A stretch of DNA of 64,000 bases, taken from contig CAWAUV010000009.1 of assembly GCA_963785305.1 (NCBI GenBank), forward strand, positions 160,001-224,000, in the 5' to 3' direction. The translations under genes were made by a program, and so were the position numbers. The stretch comes from an uncultured Planctomycetaceae bacterium. GTDB taxonomy: Bacteria > Planctomycetota > Planctomycetia > Pirellulales > PALSA-1355. The notes beneath the pieces were generated by a model. That model was not told the DNA's origin and did no database searches. It saw nothing but the letters and a program-made list of their open reading frames with translations. Below, piece after piece: positions 1-9,537 of this stretch (position 1 is the first letter of the stretch; each line of letters opens with the position of its first letter).

Positions 1-357
1 GGCGTAAAATCGGCTGCCACTTCTTTCCTTGATTTCCTAAATATCCCAGAGTTCCACTTGGCGCCTATTCTGCAAAGCGGCATATGGGCGCGCAGGCGCA
101 AAATTATTTTGCCCCAGAGTATTGACTTTGGCCATCCAGGCGATCATTTTGTCGTTGTGTGCGAAATAAAATCTATTGCGTGCAATGGAAAATCGGCCGA
201 AGCCGATCGGTCTCCAACCCAGGGCAAGCGCATCAAATTCCGCGGAGTATCCGGTCTCGAGCAGACAACGTCGCCCGCCAGCGACGACAAAAGGTGGTAC
301 ACCGAGGAGTCGGCAATTGTTTTCTGGCCGGAGGCATTGCGGATTCGAGATAACTGA
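1..357 (+). CDS. Possible 3' end of a hypothetical protein entering from the left edge
   Basis: Frame 1 is open from base 1 to the TGA ending at 357. Sequence is more AT-rich than the rest of the window. No recognisable motif; an overlapping minus-strand ORF (37..378) is an alternative. Confidence 0.25.
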   Translation, partial: GVKSAATSFLDFLNIPEFHLAPILQSGIWARRRKIILPQSIDFGHPGDHFVVVCEIKSIACNGKSAEADRSPTQGKRIKFRGVSGLEQTTSPASDDKRWYTEESAIVFWPEALRIRDN

Positions 358-459
358 TTCTTCCGTTACCGAAGGCATTGTTCGACGAAAAATCGCGTTT
401 TGGGCAGAGCATGCTCTCGCCGACGCTTCGGGTTGTGATCGGATGGGGTTTGGCCTTAA

Positions 460-537
460 GGGCCTATCCGAGAACGTCCGCGAGCCCTCGCCCTACCCTC
501 TACCCAAAGGGAGCTGGGGGAGTTGTCGGATAGGCTC
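460..537. mobile_element. MITE family A, copy 1 (~78 bp)
   Basis: TIRs GGGCCTATCCGAGAAC / GTTGTCGGATAGGCTC, flanked by TTAA on both sides (456-459 and 538-541). Internal REP-like CCCTCGCCCTACCCTCTACCCAAAGGGAG. Confidence 0.75.
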
Positions 538-756
538 TTAACCCGAACACGTCGGCAAGGGCTTCCGCGATCCCGCCCAGCACAATACGCCTTGGCGTCG
601 CCCGCGCTTACAAACGGAAGAGCCAGATCACGTGTGCGCGGATTCACGCTTCAATGCGATTCCGGGCCAAGAGAACGGTAATTGCTCGAGGCTACAATGG
701 ATATTTCAAATAAACGATACGATCAACGAACGATCCGATCAGGGTAATGAAATCAC

Positions 757-2514
757 ATGAATCCTAGCCCCAGCATCACGCTCGTCTGTTTCGCCTTTTT
801 CGCGGGAGCGACTCTGGTTCAATCGGCGGAGCCGCCCAAAGTCGCGGGGCGTCAGACCCGAACCATCGAAGGCTGGTCCGTGCTCATCAGCGACGAATTG
901 TTGGAAAAGGAGAAGGCCGGGACCGAGCGGGCGTTGGAACTGCTGACTGTTCAGCTTCAAGAGATCGCGCGCGTTGTTCCCGCGGAGGCCGTCGCGGAAC
1001 TGCGCAATGTGCGGCTCTGGTTTTCTCCCGAGTATCCGGGCGTGCGACCGATCGCCGAATATCACCCCGACGCCGACTGGTTGCGCGCGAACCACCGCGA
1101 CCCGGCGATGGCCAAAGGCGTCGAATTCACGAACGTGCGAGTGTTCGAGCGTGAAACCAAACGGATGCCGAATTTCGCGTTGCACGAGCTGGCCCACGCC
1201 TATCACGACCAGTTCCTCCCGCAAGGCTTCGACAACGAAAAAATCAAAGCCGCGTTCGAGAAAGCCAAGGCGCGCGGCGGCTACGAACAGGTCGAGCAAC
1301 GTTTCGGCGACGGTCGCTCGGCCCAGGTCCGTGCCTATGCCATGACGAATCCGATGGAATACTTCGCCGAATGCAGCGAGGCGTTTTTTTCGACCAACGA
1401 CTTTTTTCCGTTCACTCGCGAGCAACTCGCCCAGCACGACCCGGAAATCCTCGAGCTGCTCGGCAAACTCTGGGCGCGGGCCGCCGACCCGGCGCCGGGG
1501 GAAAAATTCGATTCGAATCCCAAACACCAGTTGCCGCGGCCAGACGACAAGCCAGCCGACCTGAAGAAGCCGGTGAAGGTGTTCATCCTGTTGGGACAGT
1601 CCAACATGCTTGGCATGGGCGAAGTCGGCCCGGAGTCAACCAAGGGCACGCTGGCCTATCTGACGAAAACCGAAAAACGATATCCCCATCTGATCGATGA
1701 TTCCGGCAACTGGACCACGCGCGCCGACGTTCGACACGTCTTCGTGATGCAACTGCGCGGTAACATGCGGATCGAGAAAAACGAATGGCTGACCGTCGGC
1801 GGCAAGACGATTGGACCCGAACTGCAATTCGGCCATGTGATGGGTTATGTCTTGGACGAACCCGTCATTGTGCTCAAGGCGTGCGTCGGCAACCGCAGTC
1901 TGGGCTGGGATCTTCTGCCCCCCGGCAGCGAGCGGTTCACTTTCGAAGGCAAGACCTACGCTGGTTACAAGGACGACACTCCGTCGTGGGTCGAAGGCGA
2001 GGAAAAGAAGCCGGTCCCGTGGTATGCCGGCAAACAGTACGATGACGATGTGCGCAACGCCAAAACGGTTCTCGGCGAGCTTGGCAAGTATTATCCCGGC
2101 GCCGAAACCCATGAGATCGCTGGCTTTGTCTGGTGGCAGGGGCACAAGGATCAGAATCCGGCCCATGCCAGCCGCTACGAACAAAACCTGGTTCGCCTGA
2201 TCAAAACGCTGCGAGAAGACTTCCAGGCGCCACAAGCTCCCTTCGTGCTGGCCACCATTGGGTTTGATGGCTGGAAACTGGCCGGCCCGGGACTGACGAT
2301 CGCCAATGCCCAACTCGCGGTCGGCGACCCCAAGAAACACCCGGAGTTCGCGGGCAACGTGAAGTGCGTCGAGTCTCGGAATTTTTGGAGAGAGGTCGAT
2401 GTGTCTCCGAAGAATCAAGGCTATCACTACAACCGCAACGCCGAGACCTACCTCGAGGTTGGCAACTCGCTGGGCTGGGCCATGGCGGAGCTGCTGAAAA
2501 AATCGCCGCATTAG
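757..2514 (+). CDS. Secreted fusion: Zn-metallopeptidase-like domain plus SGNH sialate O-acetylesterase (SASA) domain
   Basis: Signal peptide. HELAH zinc motif with downstream NPMEYFAE. C-terminal half has FILLGQSNM, GPELQFG, WWQG and GYHY motifs. Confidence 0.8.
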   Translation: MNPSPSITLVCFAFFAGATLVQSAEPPKVAGRQTRTIEGWSVLISDELLEKEKAGTERALELLTVQLQEIARVVPAEAVAELRNVRLWFSPEYPGVRPIAEYHPDADWLRANHRDPAMAKGVEFTNVRVFERETKRMPNFALHELAHAYHDQFLPQGFDNEKIKAAFEKAKARGGYEQVEQRFGDGRSAQVRAYAMTNPMEYFAECSEAFFSTNDFFPFTREQLAQHDPEILELLGKLWARAADPAPGEKFDSNPKHQLPRPDDKPADLKKPVKVFILLGQSNMLGMGEVGPESTKGTLAYLTKTEKRYPHLIDDSGNWTTRADVRHVFVMQLRGNMRIEKNEWLTVGGKTIGPELQFGHVMGYVLDEPVIVLKACVGNRSLGWDLLPPGSERFTFEGKTYAGYKDDTPSWVEGEEKKPVPWYAGKQYDDDVRNAKTVLGELGKYYPGAETHEIAGFVWWQGHKDQNPAHASRYEQNLVRLIKTLREDFQAPQAPFVLATIGFDGWKLAGPGLTIANAQLAVGDPKKHPEFAGNVKCVESRNFWREVDVSPKNQGYHYNRNAETYLEVGNSLGWAMAELLKKSPH

Positions 2515-2593
2515 AGCCTAACCGGCAACTCCCTCCTCTCCTTGTTTGGAAGAGGGGAGGGTGAAGGGCTCACCGAAGTTCTCGGATAGACTC
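2514..2593. mobile_element. MITE family A, copy 2 (inverted, overlapping the stop codon of the upstream gene)
   Basis: GAGCCTAACCGGCAAC...GTTCTCGGATAGACTC is a reverse-complement match to the 460-537 element; preceded by TTA. Confidence 0.7.
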
Positions 2594-2619
2594 TCAAAAC
2601 CCGCCAAGGGGGCCCCCGC

Positions 2620-3852
2620 ATGAACGGACAATCGCTATTTGCATTCTTGCTGCTGGCGGCAATTACCTTCGGACCAGCCACCGCGTCGGCGGCGCGAGCC
2701 CCGGCCAAGGAACCGCTCAAGGTCGTCATTCTCGCCGGGCAGTCGAACATGCAGGGGCACGCCAAAGTGTCGACTCTTGATTCCATGGCCGATGATCCGA
2801 CGACGGCGGCGATCCTCAAGGAGATGCGCGATGCCAATGGCGCGCCAAGGGTTTGCGAGAAAGTCTGGATTTCGTCCGTCGGCTGCGCCGGCGATGACTT
2901 CATCGAGCAAACAGGCAAACTGACGGCGGGCTTCGGGGCCGCGACCGACACCATCGGACCGGAATTCACGTTCGGCATTTACTTGGAAAAGCTGCTGGGC
3001 GAGCCCGTCCTGATCATCAAAACCGCCTGGGGTGGCAAGAGCCTGCACACGGATTTCCGTCCGCCCAGTTCCGGGCCATACGTCTGGAGCGACTACGAGT
3101 TGACCCAGTGTAAGAATCGGGGTGACGACCTGGAAAAAGACAAGGCCGACAAGCTCAAGGCCACCGGCGTGTACTACCGCCTGATGATCGAGCATGTGCG
3201 GCGCGTGCTGGCCGACATCAAGCGGGTGGCGCCGGAGTACGACGAAAAACAAGGTTACGAACTTGCCGGTTTCGTCTGGTTCCAAGGGTTCAACGATCTG
3301 GTCTCCGGCTGGACGTACGACAAAGGCAACCAGCCCGGGGGGTACGACATGTATGGGCAACTGCTGGCGGATTTCATTCGCGATGCGCGGAAAGATTTGT
3401 CGGCGCCGAAGATGCTCTTCTTGATAGGTGTCATGGGGATTGGCGGCACGAAGGAAGATGACAGGGCTGGCGACCAGAAGTACTTCCGCCAAGCCCAGGC
3501 CGCGCCGGCGTCGCTTCCTGAATTCAAGGGCAACGTCGTGGCAGTGCCGACGGCGCCCTTCTGGGACGACGATCTGGCCTCGCTGCAATCGCGGATGGAG
3601 GCCTGCTGGCCGAAGGTGGACGCGAGGGTCGCCGAGGAGATGAAGCAGGATCGGCAGGCGGAACGATGGGAGAACAAGATGACGATCATGGCCGAGAACT
3701 TCACGCCAGCGGAATGGAAACGCCTGCGGGGCGGCGTCTCCAATGGAGGCTACCACTATCTCGGCGCCGCCAAGATCATGGCGCCGATCGGCAAGGCATT
3801 TGCCGAGGAGATGGCAAATCTCCAAAAGACCCAGCCACGAGAGAAACGATGA
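2620..3852 (+). CDS. Secreted sialate O-acetylesterase (SASA/SGNH hydrolase)
   Basis: Signal peptide; ILAGQSNMQG, GPEFTFG, KTAWGGKSL, WFQGFND and GGYHY motifs. Confidence 0.85.
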   Translation: MNGQSLFAFLLLAAITFGPATASAARAPAKEPLKVVILAGQSNMQGHAKVSTLDSMADDPTTAAILKEMRDANGAPRVCEKVWISSVGCAGDDFIEQTGKLTAGFGAATDTIGPEFTFGIYLEKLLGEPVLIIKTAWGGKSLHTDFRPPSSGPYVWSDYELTQCKNRGDDLEKDKADKLKATGVYYRLMIEHVRRVLADIKRVAPEYDEKQGYELAGFVWFQGFNDLVSGWTYDKGNQPGGYDMYGQLLADFIRDARKDLSAPKMLFLIGVMGIGGTKEDDRAGDQKYFRQAQAAPASLPEFKGNVVAVPTAPFWDDDLASLQSRMEACWPKVDARVAEEMKQDRQAERWENKMTIMAENFTPAEWKRLRGGVSNGGYHYLGAAKIMAPIGKAFAEEMANLQKTQPREKR

Positions 3853-4209
3853 AATGATTGCCAATTCCCGGGATCAATCGGTGACAACCCGTTCCCTTGC
3901 CTCTTGACTCGTTGGCCCTTCATTTCCTTGCCTTGCCTTGCATCGCCATCGCGGTCGCGGGCGTGGGTTCATTATCACGGCATCGACAGCCCGTGGACGC
4001 CGTGAGCGGTTTCGGGGCCGGACGCGGAAGCGCCGGGGTCGGTTCCACGATCCTGGTGTCACGGGTTTACGGGCGCCGAGGGGCGCCGACGCACCGCGCC
4101 CCGGCGACGTTCGACCGCAATCGATATCAATGAGCCCGTCGCCGCGAGAGTGGCGTGGTTGAAAAATGCTCCGATGGCAATTTTCAACAGGCGGCCGGGG
4201 CAAGGTGGC

Positions 4210-4238
4210 TTGGCGTCCGCCTAAGCGAGCCTTATAAT
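4210..4238 (+). promoter_or_regulatory. Sigma70-type promoter for the kinase operon
   Basis: TTGGCG (4210-4215), 17-nt spacer, TATAAT (4233-4238). Confidence 0.6.
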
Positions 4239-4305
4239 GCGGCTCAGTGATTCGGTAGATTAGTTGAATGGCGCCCCGGCCGTGTCGGGGGGCTGGTCAG
4301 TGCAT

Positions 4306-4357
4306 AAGCCGACGTGCTCGAATACCCGGGAGGGTATGCGGCCACGTCGGCTTTTTT
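4306..4357 (+). terminator. Leader hairpin with U-tract (attenuator-like)
   Basis: AAGCCGACGTG (4306-4316) pairs with CACGTCGGCTT (4343-4353). Inner ATACCC-GGGA-GGGTAT hairpin. Followed by a T6 run. Confidence 0.65.
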
Positions 4358-4432
4358 CGTGTTTTCGCTTTCGATGTAGGGGACCGAAAACGAGCGAGCC
4401 AAAGCGGCCGTGGAAACGACTCCGAGAATCGA

Positions 4433-7141
4433 ATGTCAGAACTGAAACCTGAAGATGCGTTCCCTTTGCAGCCAGCGTGGTGCCGGGTCGGCCTCGCCAG
4501 CATTGGCGAGGCCGTGATCGCCACGGACGCCCAGGGGCGGGTCACGTTCCTGAACTCCGAGGCTCAATCCTTGACGGGCTGGTCGCAAGCCGAGGCAGTG
4601 GGCGTTTCACTGGAACACATTTTCCAAATCGTTCATCCCGAGACTCGGCAAGTGGTCGAGTGTCCCACGGTGCTGGCCTTGCGTGAAGGCGTGAATGTCG
4701 GACTAGCGAATCGTTCGCTGCTCATCGCCAAGGATGGCACGGAACGGCCCATTGGCCCGATTGACAACGGCGCCGTCCCCATTCGGGATGAACAAGGCGA
4801 GCTCTCCGGGGCCGTGCTGGTGTTTCGCGACGTGACCGAGCTCTACCACCAAGAGCAGGCGGTCAAAGCCGCTCTCGCATACGCCGACGACATTATCGCG
4901 ACCTTGCGAGAGCCGTTCGTCGTCCTCGACAAGAACCTGCGGGTCAAGACGGCGAACCATGCATTCTACAACACATTCCACGTCCAGAAGGAGGAAACGG
5001 AAGGCTGCTTCATCTTCGACCTGGGCAACAGGCAATGGAACATGCCTCGCCTGCGAACGCTGTTGGATGAAGTCTTGTCGAACCACCATCCCGTCCACGA
5101 CTTCGAGATGGAACACGATTTTCCGGCGATCGGCAAGAAGAGCATGCTGCTCAATGCCCGCCGCTTCGAGTCGGTCGCCACCCAACCGGAACTGATCCTG
5201 CTAGCCATTCAAGACATCACGGACCGCAAGCAGACCGAAACGGCATTGCGGCGGAGCGAGCAATGCCATCGGTTCATCCTGGACTCGATCCCGCAAAAGC
5301 TCGTCACCACCAAACCAGACGGTAGCGTTGACTACTTCAACCCTCAGTGGATGGAGTACACCGGCCTGACGTTCGAGCAAATCAAGGATTTCGGCTGGAC
5401 GCAGTTCATCCACCCCGATGATGTGGACGAGCACGTTCGAGAATGGCTAAACGCCACCAAGACCGGCCAGGTATACGAACACGAGAGTCGCTTCCGACGC
5501 GCGGATGGCGAGTACCGTTGGCATATCAGCCGGGGCGTGCCGATGCGGAACGAGGCGGGCCAGATCGTGATGTGGGTTGGAGCAAACACCGACATTCATG
5601 ACATCAAGCTGGTTGAAATGGCGTTGAAGGACTCGGAGATTCGTTATCGGCGGCTGTTCGAGACGGCCAAGGACGGCATCCTGATCCTCGACACGGAAAG
5701 TGGGCGAATCACCGATGCCAATCCGTTCATGAGCGAACTGCTGGGGTATGCCCACGAGCATTTCTTGGGCAAGGAACTTTGGGAAATCGGACTGTTCAGC
5801 GACAAGTCGGCCAACGAAGCCGCCGTGCGTACACTCCAAGAAAACGGCTACATTCGTTACGAACACTTGCCATTGGAAACGAGCCGTGGGCTGCGGGTCG
5901 AGGTCGAGGTTGTCGCCAACGCCTACCGGGAGGACCACCACAAAGTCATTCAGTGCAACATTCGGGACATCACGGAACGCAGTCGCCTGGAGAAACACAT
6001 GCAGGAGCAGACTTCGGCGCTGGCTGATCTGCACCGCCGCAAGGATGAGTTCTTGGCGATGCTCAGCCACGAGCTCCGCAGCCCGCTCGCTCCCATCTCC
6101 AACGCCGTGCATCTGCTCCGTCTAAGGAAAAACGAGGATCCGCTCCAGCAAAAAGCCCTGACCATCATCGAGCGTCAAGTGGCTCAACTGACTCGACTGG
6201 TCGACGACCTGATGGAAGTGTCCCGCATTACCACCGGCAGGGTTCAACTTCGCCTGGATCGAGTCGTGGTGAGCGGCATCGTGGAACGCGCGATCGAGTC
6301 GGCTCGCCCCTTGATCGACCGACATCGACATGAGCTCACGGTGTCGTTGCCGCCGCAACCGATCTGGCTAAGCGCCGACGCTTCCCGGCTGGAGCAGGTC
6401 GTGGTGAATTTGCTGACCAATGCCGCCAAATACACCGAGGAAGGCGGTCGTATTTGGCTGACCGTGCGTGAAGATGGTCAGGAGTGCGTATTGAGCGTTC
6501 GTGATTCGGGCGTCGGCATCGCCCCCGAACTGCTGCCTTGCATTTTCGATCTTTTCACGCAGGCGGAACGATCATTGGCCCGCTCCCAAGGCGGATTGGG
6601 TATCGGGTTGGCGTTGGTCCATCGACTGGTGGAGATGCACGGAGGAAAGGTCACGGTTCACAGCAGTTTGGGGCAAGGCAGCGAGTTTGTCGTGCGCTTG
6701 CCGCTGATGGCGAATCCCGCGCTAGAGCCGCCCTCGACGGACAAGGATACCGCCGAACCGACGGCGCCCTGCTTGCGGATACTGGTGGTGGACGACAGCC
6801 TGGACACGGCCGAGAGTTTGGCGTTGTTGTTGCAAGAGCGTGGACATGATGTTCGCGTCGCGCATGATGGCCCGACCGCGCTCGACGTGGCTCGCGATTA
6901 CCGACCAGACGTGGTGCTGTTGGACATCGGCTTGCCGAAACTCGACGGTTATGAGGTAGCGAAGCGGCTGCGGCGCCAACCGGCTTTCCAGGGCGTGGCG
7001 TTGGTCGCCATGACCGGCTACGGTCAGGAGTCGGACCGCCAGCGTTCGCGGGAAGCGGGGTTCGATCACCATTTGTCCAAGCCCGCCGACTTTGGAAAGC
7101 TGCAACAAATCTTGTCGACCGTCTCCGCGAAAGGAACGTGA
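4433..7141 (+). CDS. Multi-PAS hybrid sensor histidine kinase with C-terminal receiver domain
   Basis: Four PAS-like repeats; H-box FLAMLSHELRSPL; N box NLLTNAAKYT; G boxes DSGVGI and GGLGIGL; receiver ILVVDD...LLDIGLP. ATG 4433 is preferred over 4268. Confidence 0.92.
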   Translation: MSELKPEDAFPLQPAWCRVGLASIGEAVIATDAQGRVTFLNSEAQSLTGWSQAEAVGVSLEHIFQIVHPETRQVVECPTVLALREGVNVGLANRSLLIAKDGTERPIGPIDNGAVPIRDEQGELSGAVLVFRDVTELYHQEQAVKAALAYADDIIATLREPFVVLDKNLRVKTANHAFYNTFHVQKEETEGCFIFDLGNRQWNMPRLRTLLDEVLSNHHPVHDFEMEHDFPAIGKKSMLLNARRFESVATQPELILLAIQDITDRKQTETALRRSEQCHRFILDSIPQKLVTTKPDGSVDYFNPQWMEYTGLTFEQIKDFGWTQFIHPDDVDEHVREWLNATKTGQVYEHESRFRRADGEYRWHISRGVPMRNEAGQIVMWVGANTDIHDIKLVEMALKDSEIRYRRLFETAKDGILILDTESGRITDANPFMSELLGYAHEHFLGKELWEIGLFSDKSANEAAVRTLQENGYIRYEHLPLETSRGLRVEVEVVANAYREDHHKVIQCNIRDITERSRLEKHMQEQTSALADLHRRKDEFLAMLSHELRSPLAPISNAVHLLRLRKNEDPLQQKALTIIERQVAQLTRLVDDLMEVSRITTGRVQLRLDRVVVSGIVERAIESARPLIDRHRHELTVSLPPQPIWLSADASRLEQVVVNLLTNAAKYTEEGGRIWLTVREDGQECVLSVRDSGVGIAPELLPCIFDLFTQAERSLARSQGGLGIGLALVHRLVEMHGGKVTVHSSLGQGSEFVVRLPLMANPALEPPSTDKDTAEPTAPCLRILVVDDSLDTAESLALLLQERGHDVRVAHDGPTALDVARDYRPDVVLLDIGLPKLDGYEVAKRLRRQPAFQGVALVAMTGYGQESDRQRSREAGFDHHLSKPADFGKLQQILSTVSAKGT

Positions 7142-7986
7142 TGGATTCTCTTCGAGTTCTCGTCGTGGATGACAATCGCGATGGCGCCGACACCATGAGC
7201 TTGGTCGTCGATGAACTCGGCCACGAGGCGCATGTGACCTACGGCGGGAAGCAGGCGTTCGACGTCGCGACCGTATTTCGGCCCGATCTGATGCTCATTG
7301 ATTTGGCGATGCCCGACTTGGATGGCTGCTCGCTCGTGACTAAATTTCGTCAAAACCCTACTTTCGCGCGAACAAGAATCGTGGCCATCACCGGCCATTC
7401 CGACGAGGGCCACAAAACCTTGGCGATGAAGGCTGGATTCGACGCGGTTCTCTTCAAGCCCGTTACATTGGCGGACATCGAGACGGCGCTGGCGAGTGTC
7501 GCTCCCCGGGTTGGACACACGGCCCACTCAAAACCACCTCCCGCTGGCGGTAGCCCTGGGTCCGAGCATCGCTTGACGATCGGCGAAGCGCGGCGAATCA
7601 GGAACCAACGCAAATCGAAAACGCTGACGGAATCCGAATGCGAAGCCGCCATCTGCGAGGGGATGATTCGCTTTCAAGAGGAATATCTGGGGTGGCGGTC
7701 GGAGCGGATTCAGGTCCACTTCATCAAGGACCTGCTCGTGGTCCGCATTCACGGCGTTTTGACTCTTGCCGAGCGACAACTCGGCAAATCATCGTCGCCC
7801 GACCAGGGTCGTGATCTCATCAAGCAAGTGCGGAAGCAACTCCTGGAGTTGGCGCGCCCGATGGTGGAATCAATGATCCACGAGGTCGCGGGCGTGAAGG
7901 CGGTGAGCATGCACCATGACCTTAGCACCGTGACTGGCGAGGAAGTGGTCGTTTTTCCATTGGCCGAAGCCCCTCGCTTCCGATAA
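7138..7986 (+). CDS. Response regulator receiver fused to a DUF2294 (MpsC-like) domain
   Basis: N-terminal VLVVDD...LIDLAMP...FKP. C-terminal FQEEYLG...GVLTLAERQL...SMHHDLSTVTGEEVVVF is typical of DUF2294. GTGA overlap with the kinase. Confidence 0.85.
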   Translation: MMDSLRVLVVDDNRDGADTMSLVVDELGHEAHVTYGGKQAFDVATVFRPDLMLIDLAMPDLDGCSLVTKFRQNPTFARTRIVAITGHSDEGHKTLAMKAGFDAVLFKPVTLADIETALASVAPRVGHTAHSKPPPAGGSPGSEHRLTIGEARRIRNQRKSKTLTESECEAAICEGMIRFQEEYLGWRSERIQVHFIKDLLVVRIHGVLTLAERQLGKSSSPDQGRDLIKQVRKQLLELARPMVESMIHEVAGVKAVSMHHDLSTVTGEEVVVFPLAEAPRFR

Positions 7987-8015
7987 CGGCGCAACAATCC
8001 TCGCCAGGGTGTTCA

Positions 8016-8399
8016 ATGACCACGCTTCAAACGAAATTACGCGTCTTGGTTGTCGATGACGACGCGGACCATGCTTCGAGTTTGGCGATGCTGCTGACGG
8101 AGCACGGTCACGACTCCCATGTATGCCCGCACGCCAAGGATTGCATGGAAGCCGTGGAACGACTACGGCCTCAAGTAATCCTGCTTGACTTGGCGATGCC
8201 GGGCATGACCGGCTACGAAATCGCGCGGGAAATACAAGATAACCCCGACCTACGTCCGGCCTGTTTGGTCGCGGTGACCGGCTTCGGCCAAGAACTGGAC
8301 CGAGTGCAAACGAAACTCCTTGGCTTCGACCATCACTTATTGAAGCCGGTGCATTTCCAGGAATTGGAAGCCCTCGTCCGATCAGTCCAGGTTGAATAG
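8016..8399 (+). CDS. Single-domain response regulator (CheY-like)
   Basis: VLVVDDD, LLDLAMPGMTG and LLKP motifs. Confidence 0.9.
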   Translation: MTTLQTKLRVLVVDDDADHASSLAMLLTEHGHDSHVCPHAKDCMEAVERLRPQVILLDLAMPGMTGYEIAREIQDNPDLRPACLVAVTGFGQELDRVQTKLLGFDHHLLKPVHFQELEALVRSVQVE

Positions 8400-8572
8400 G
8401 CGCCGGAATCGAGGGCCGATCCGCGAACTTCGGTGAGCCCTCGCCCTACTCCCGTTGCCCTGGAAGCGGCCAGCGGTGGCCCGTTTGCAAGCGCCCGATG
8501 ACACCTGCCCTCACTTACGTTTCGGGTTGTGATGGGAAAGACCCGCGCCGCCGTTCTTTACCCGAAGCGTCG

Positions 8573-9424
8573 CTAGTTCGCGGCCAACAGCTTGGCTTTG
8601 AGGCGATCGAGCAGGGCGACCGCCCGGCCGATCTCGGCCTTTTGCCGCTCGGGCTCTTGCGGAATTTCGCGTTCGATCGTGAGCGGCCCGCGGTAGCCGA
8701 TCGTTTGAAGCGTGGCGAGAAAGCGTTCGATGTCGACTTGGCCCTCGCCCAGCGGAGTCTCGGCGCCCCAAGTCTCGCCCGGCCGGTCCGACCAGCGCCC
8801 GTCCTTGCAATGCACGCTCGCCACATGGGCCCCCAATTGTTCGAGGGCGGGAATCGGCTCGCCGGCGCCATAGAGAATCATGTTCGCGGGATCGAAGTTG
8901 ACCCGCAAGTTCGCGCGCTCCACATCGCCGAGAAAGGCCAAGAGCGCGGCGGCTGATTCTTGGCCGGTTTCCAGATGCAGGCTCTGGCTCTGGGCTTGGC
9001 AATGATCGCACAATTTCCGGGTCACGTCGAGAATCGCCCGATATTCATCGCCTTGGCGATCGTGTGGCACGAAGCCCAAGTGCAACGCCACGACCCCCAC
9101 GCCAAGCCGCCGGGCATAGTCGGCGATTTCGCGCATTTCCTTGAGCCGGACCGCGCGGGTCGCGGGGGGCACGAGACCCACGGTTCGCGCCACGGTGGGA
9201 ATATCGGCGTAGCTTTCGCCCTCGAAGCCGCCAAAGACCGCGGTCACGCGGAGATCGTATTCGGCGAGCCGATCGAGAAACGCGGCCGCCTCGCCCGCCG
9301 TGCGCCGAGCGGCGCTCGGCGCATGCAAGTGGACCGTTGAAACCCCGAGTTCAGCGGCTACCGACAGCCGCGCTCCGAGCCCCGAATCGACACTGGCGAA
9401 TACGCCCAGCGGCCAAATATCCAT
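8573..9424 (-). CDS. Sugar phosphate isomerase/epimerase (xylose isomerase-like TIM barrel)
   Basis: LHLETGQE, NFDPANM, VHCKDG and LTIERE metal-binding motifs; start MDIWPLGVF. Confidence 0.85.
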   Translation of the reverse strand: MDIWPLGVFASVDSGLGARLSVAAELGVSTVHLHAPSAARRTAGEAAAFLDRLAEYDLRVTAVFGGFEGESYADIPTVARTVGLVPPATRAVRLKEMREIADYARRLGVGVVALHLGFVPHDRQGDEYRAILDVTRKLCDHCQAQSQSLHLETGQESAAALLAFLGDVERANLRVNFDPANMILYGAGEPIPALEQLGAHVASVHCKDGRWSDRPGETWGAETPLGEGQVDIERFLATLQTIGYRGPLTIEREIPQEPERQKAEIGRAVALLDRLKAKLLAAN

Positions 9425-9537
9425 GCCACGAATATCCCCGGGGAATCGAAAAACGAGCGACGCGCAAATCCGCGGCCAACACCGCCGCGACGGATTGGAA
9501 GCACGGCTTGGCGGCCTGTTGCACGGCTCAACAGGCT

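Noticed and set aside
3881..4133. Small hydrophobic ORF between the esterase and the kinase
   Set aside because: No ribosome-binding site or family motif that I can support.
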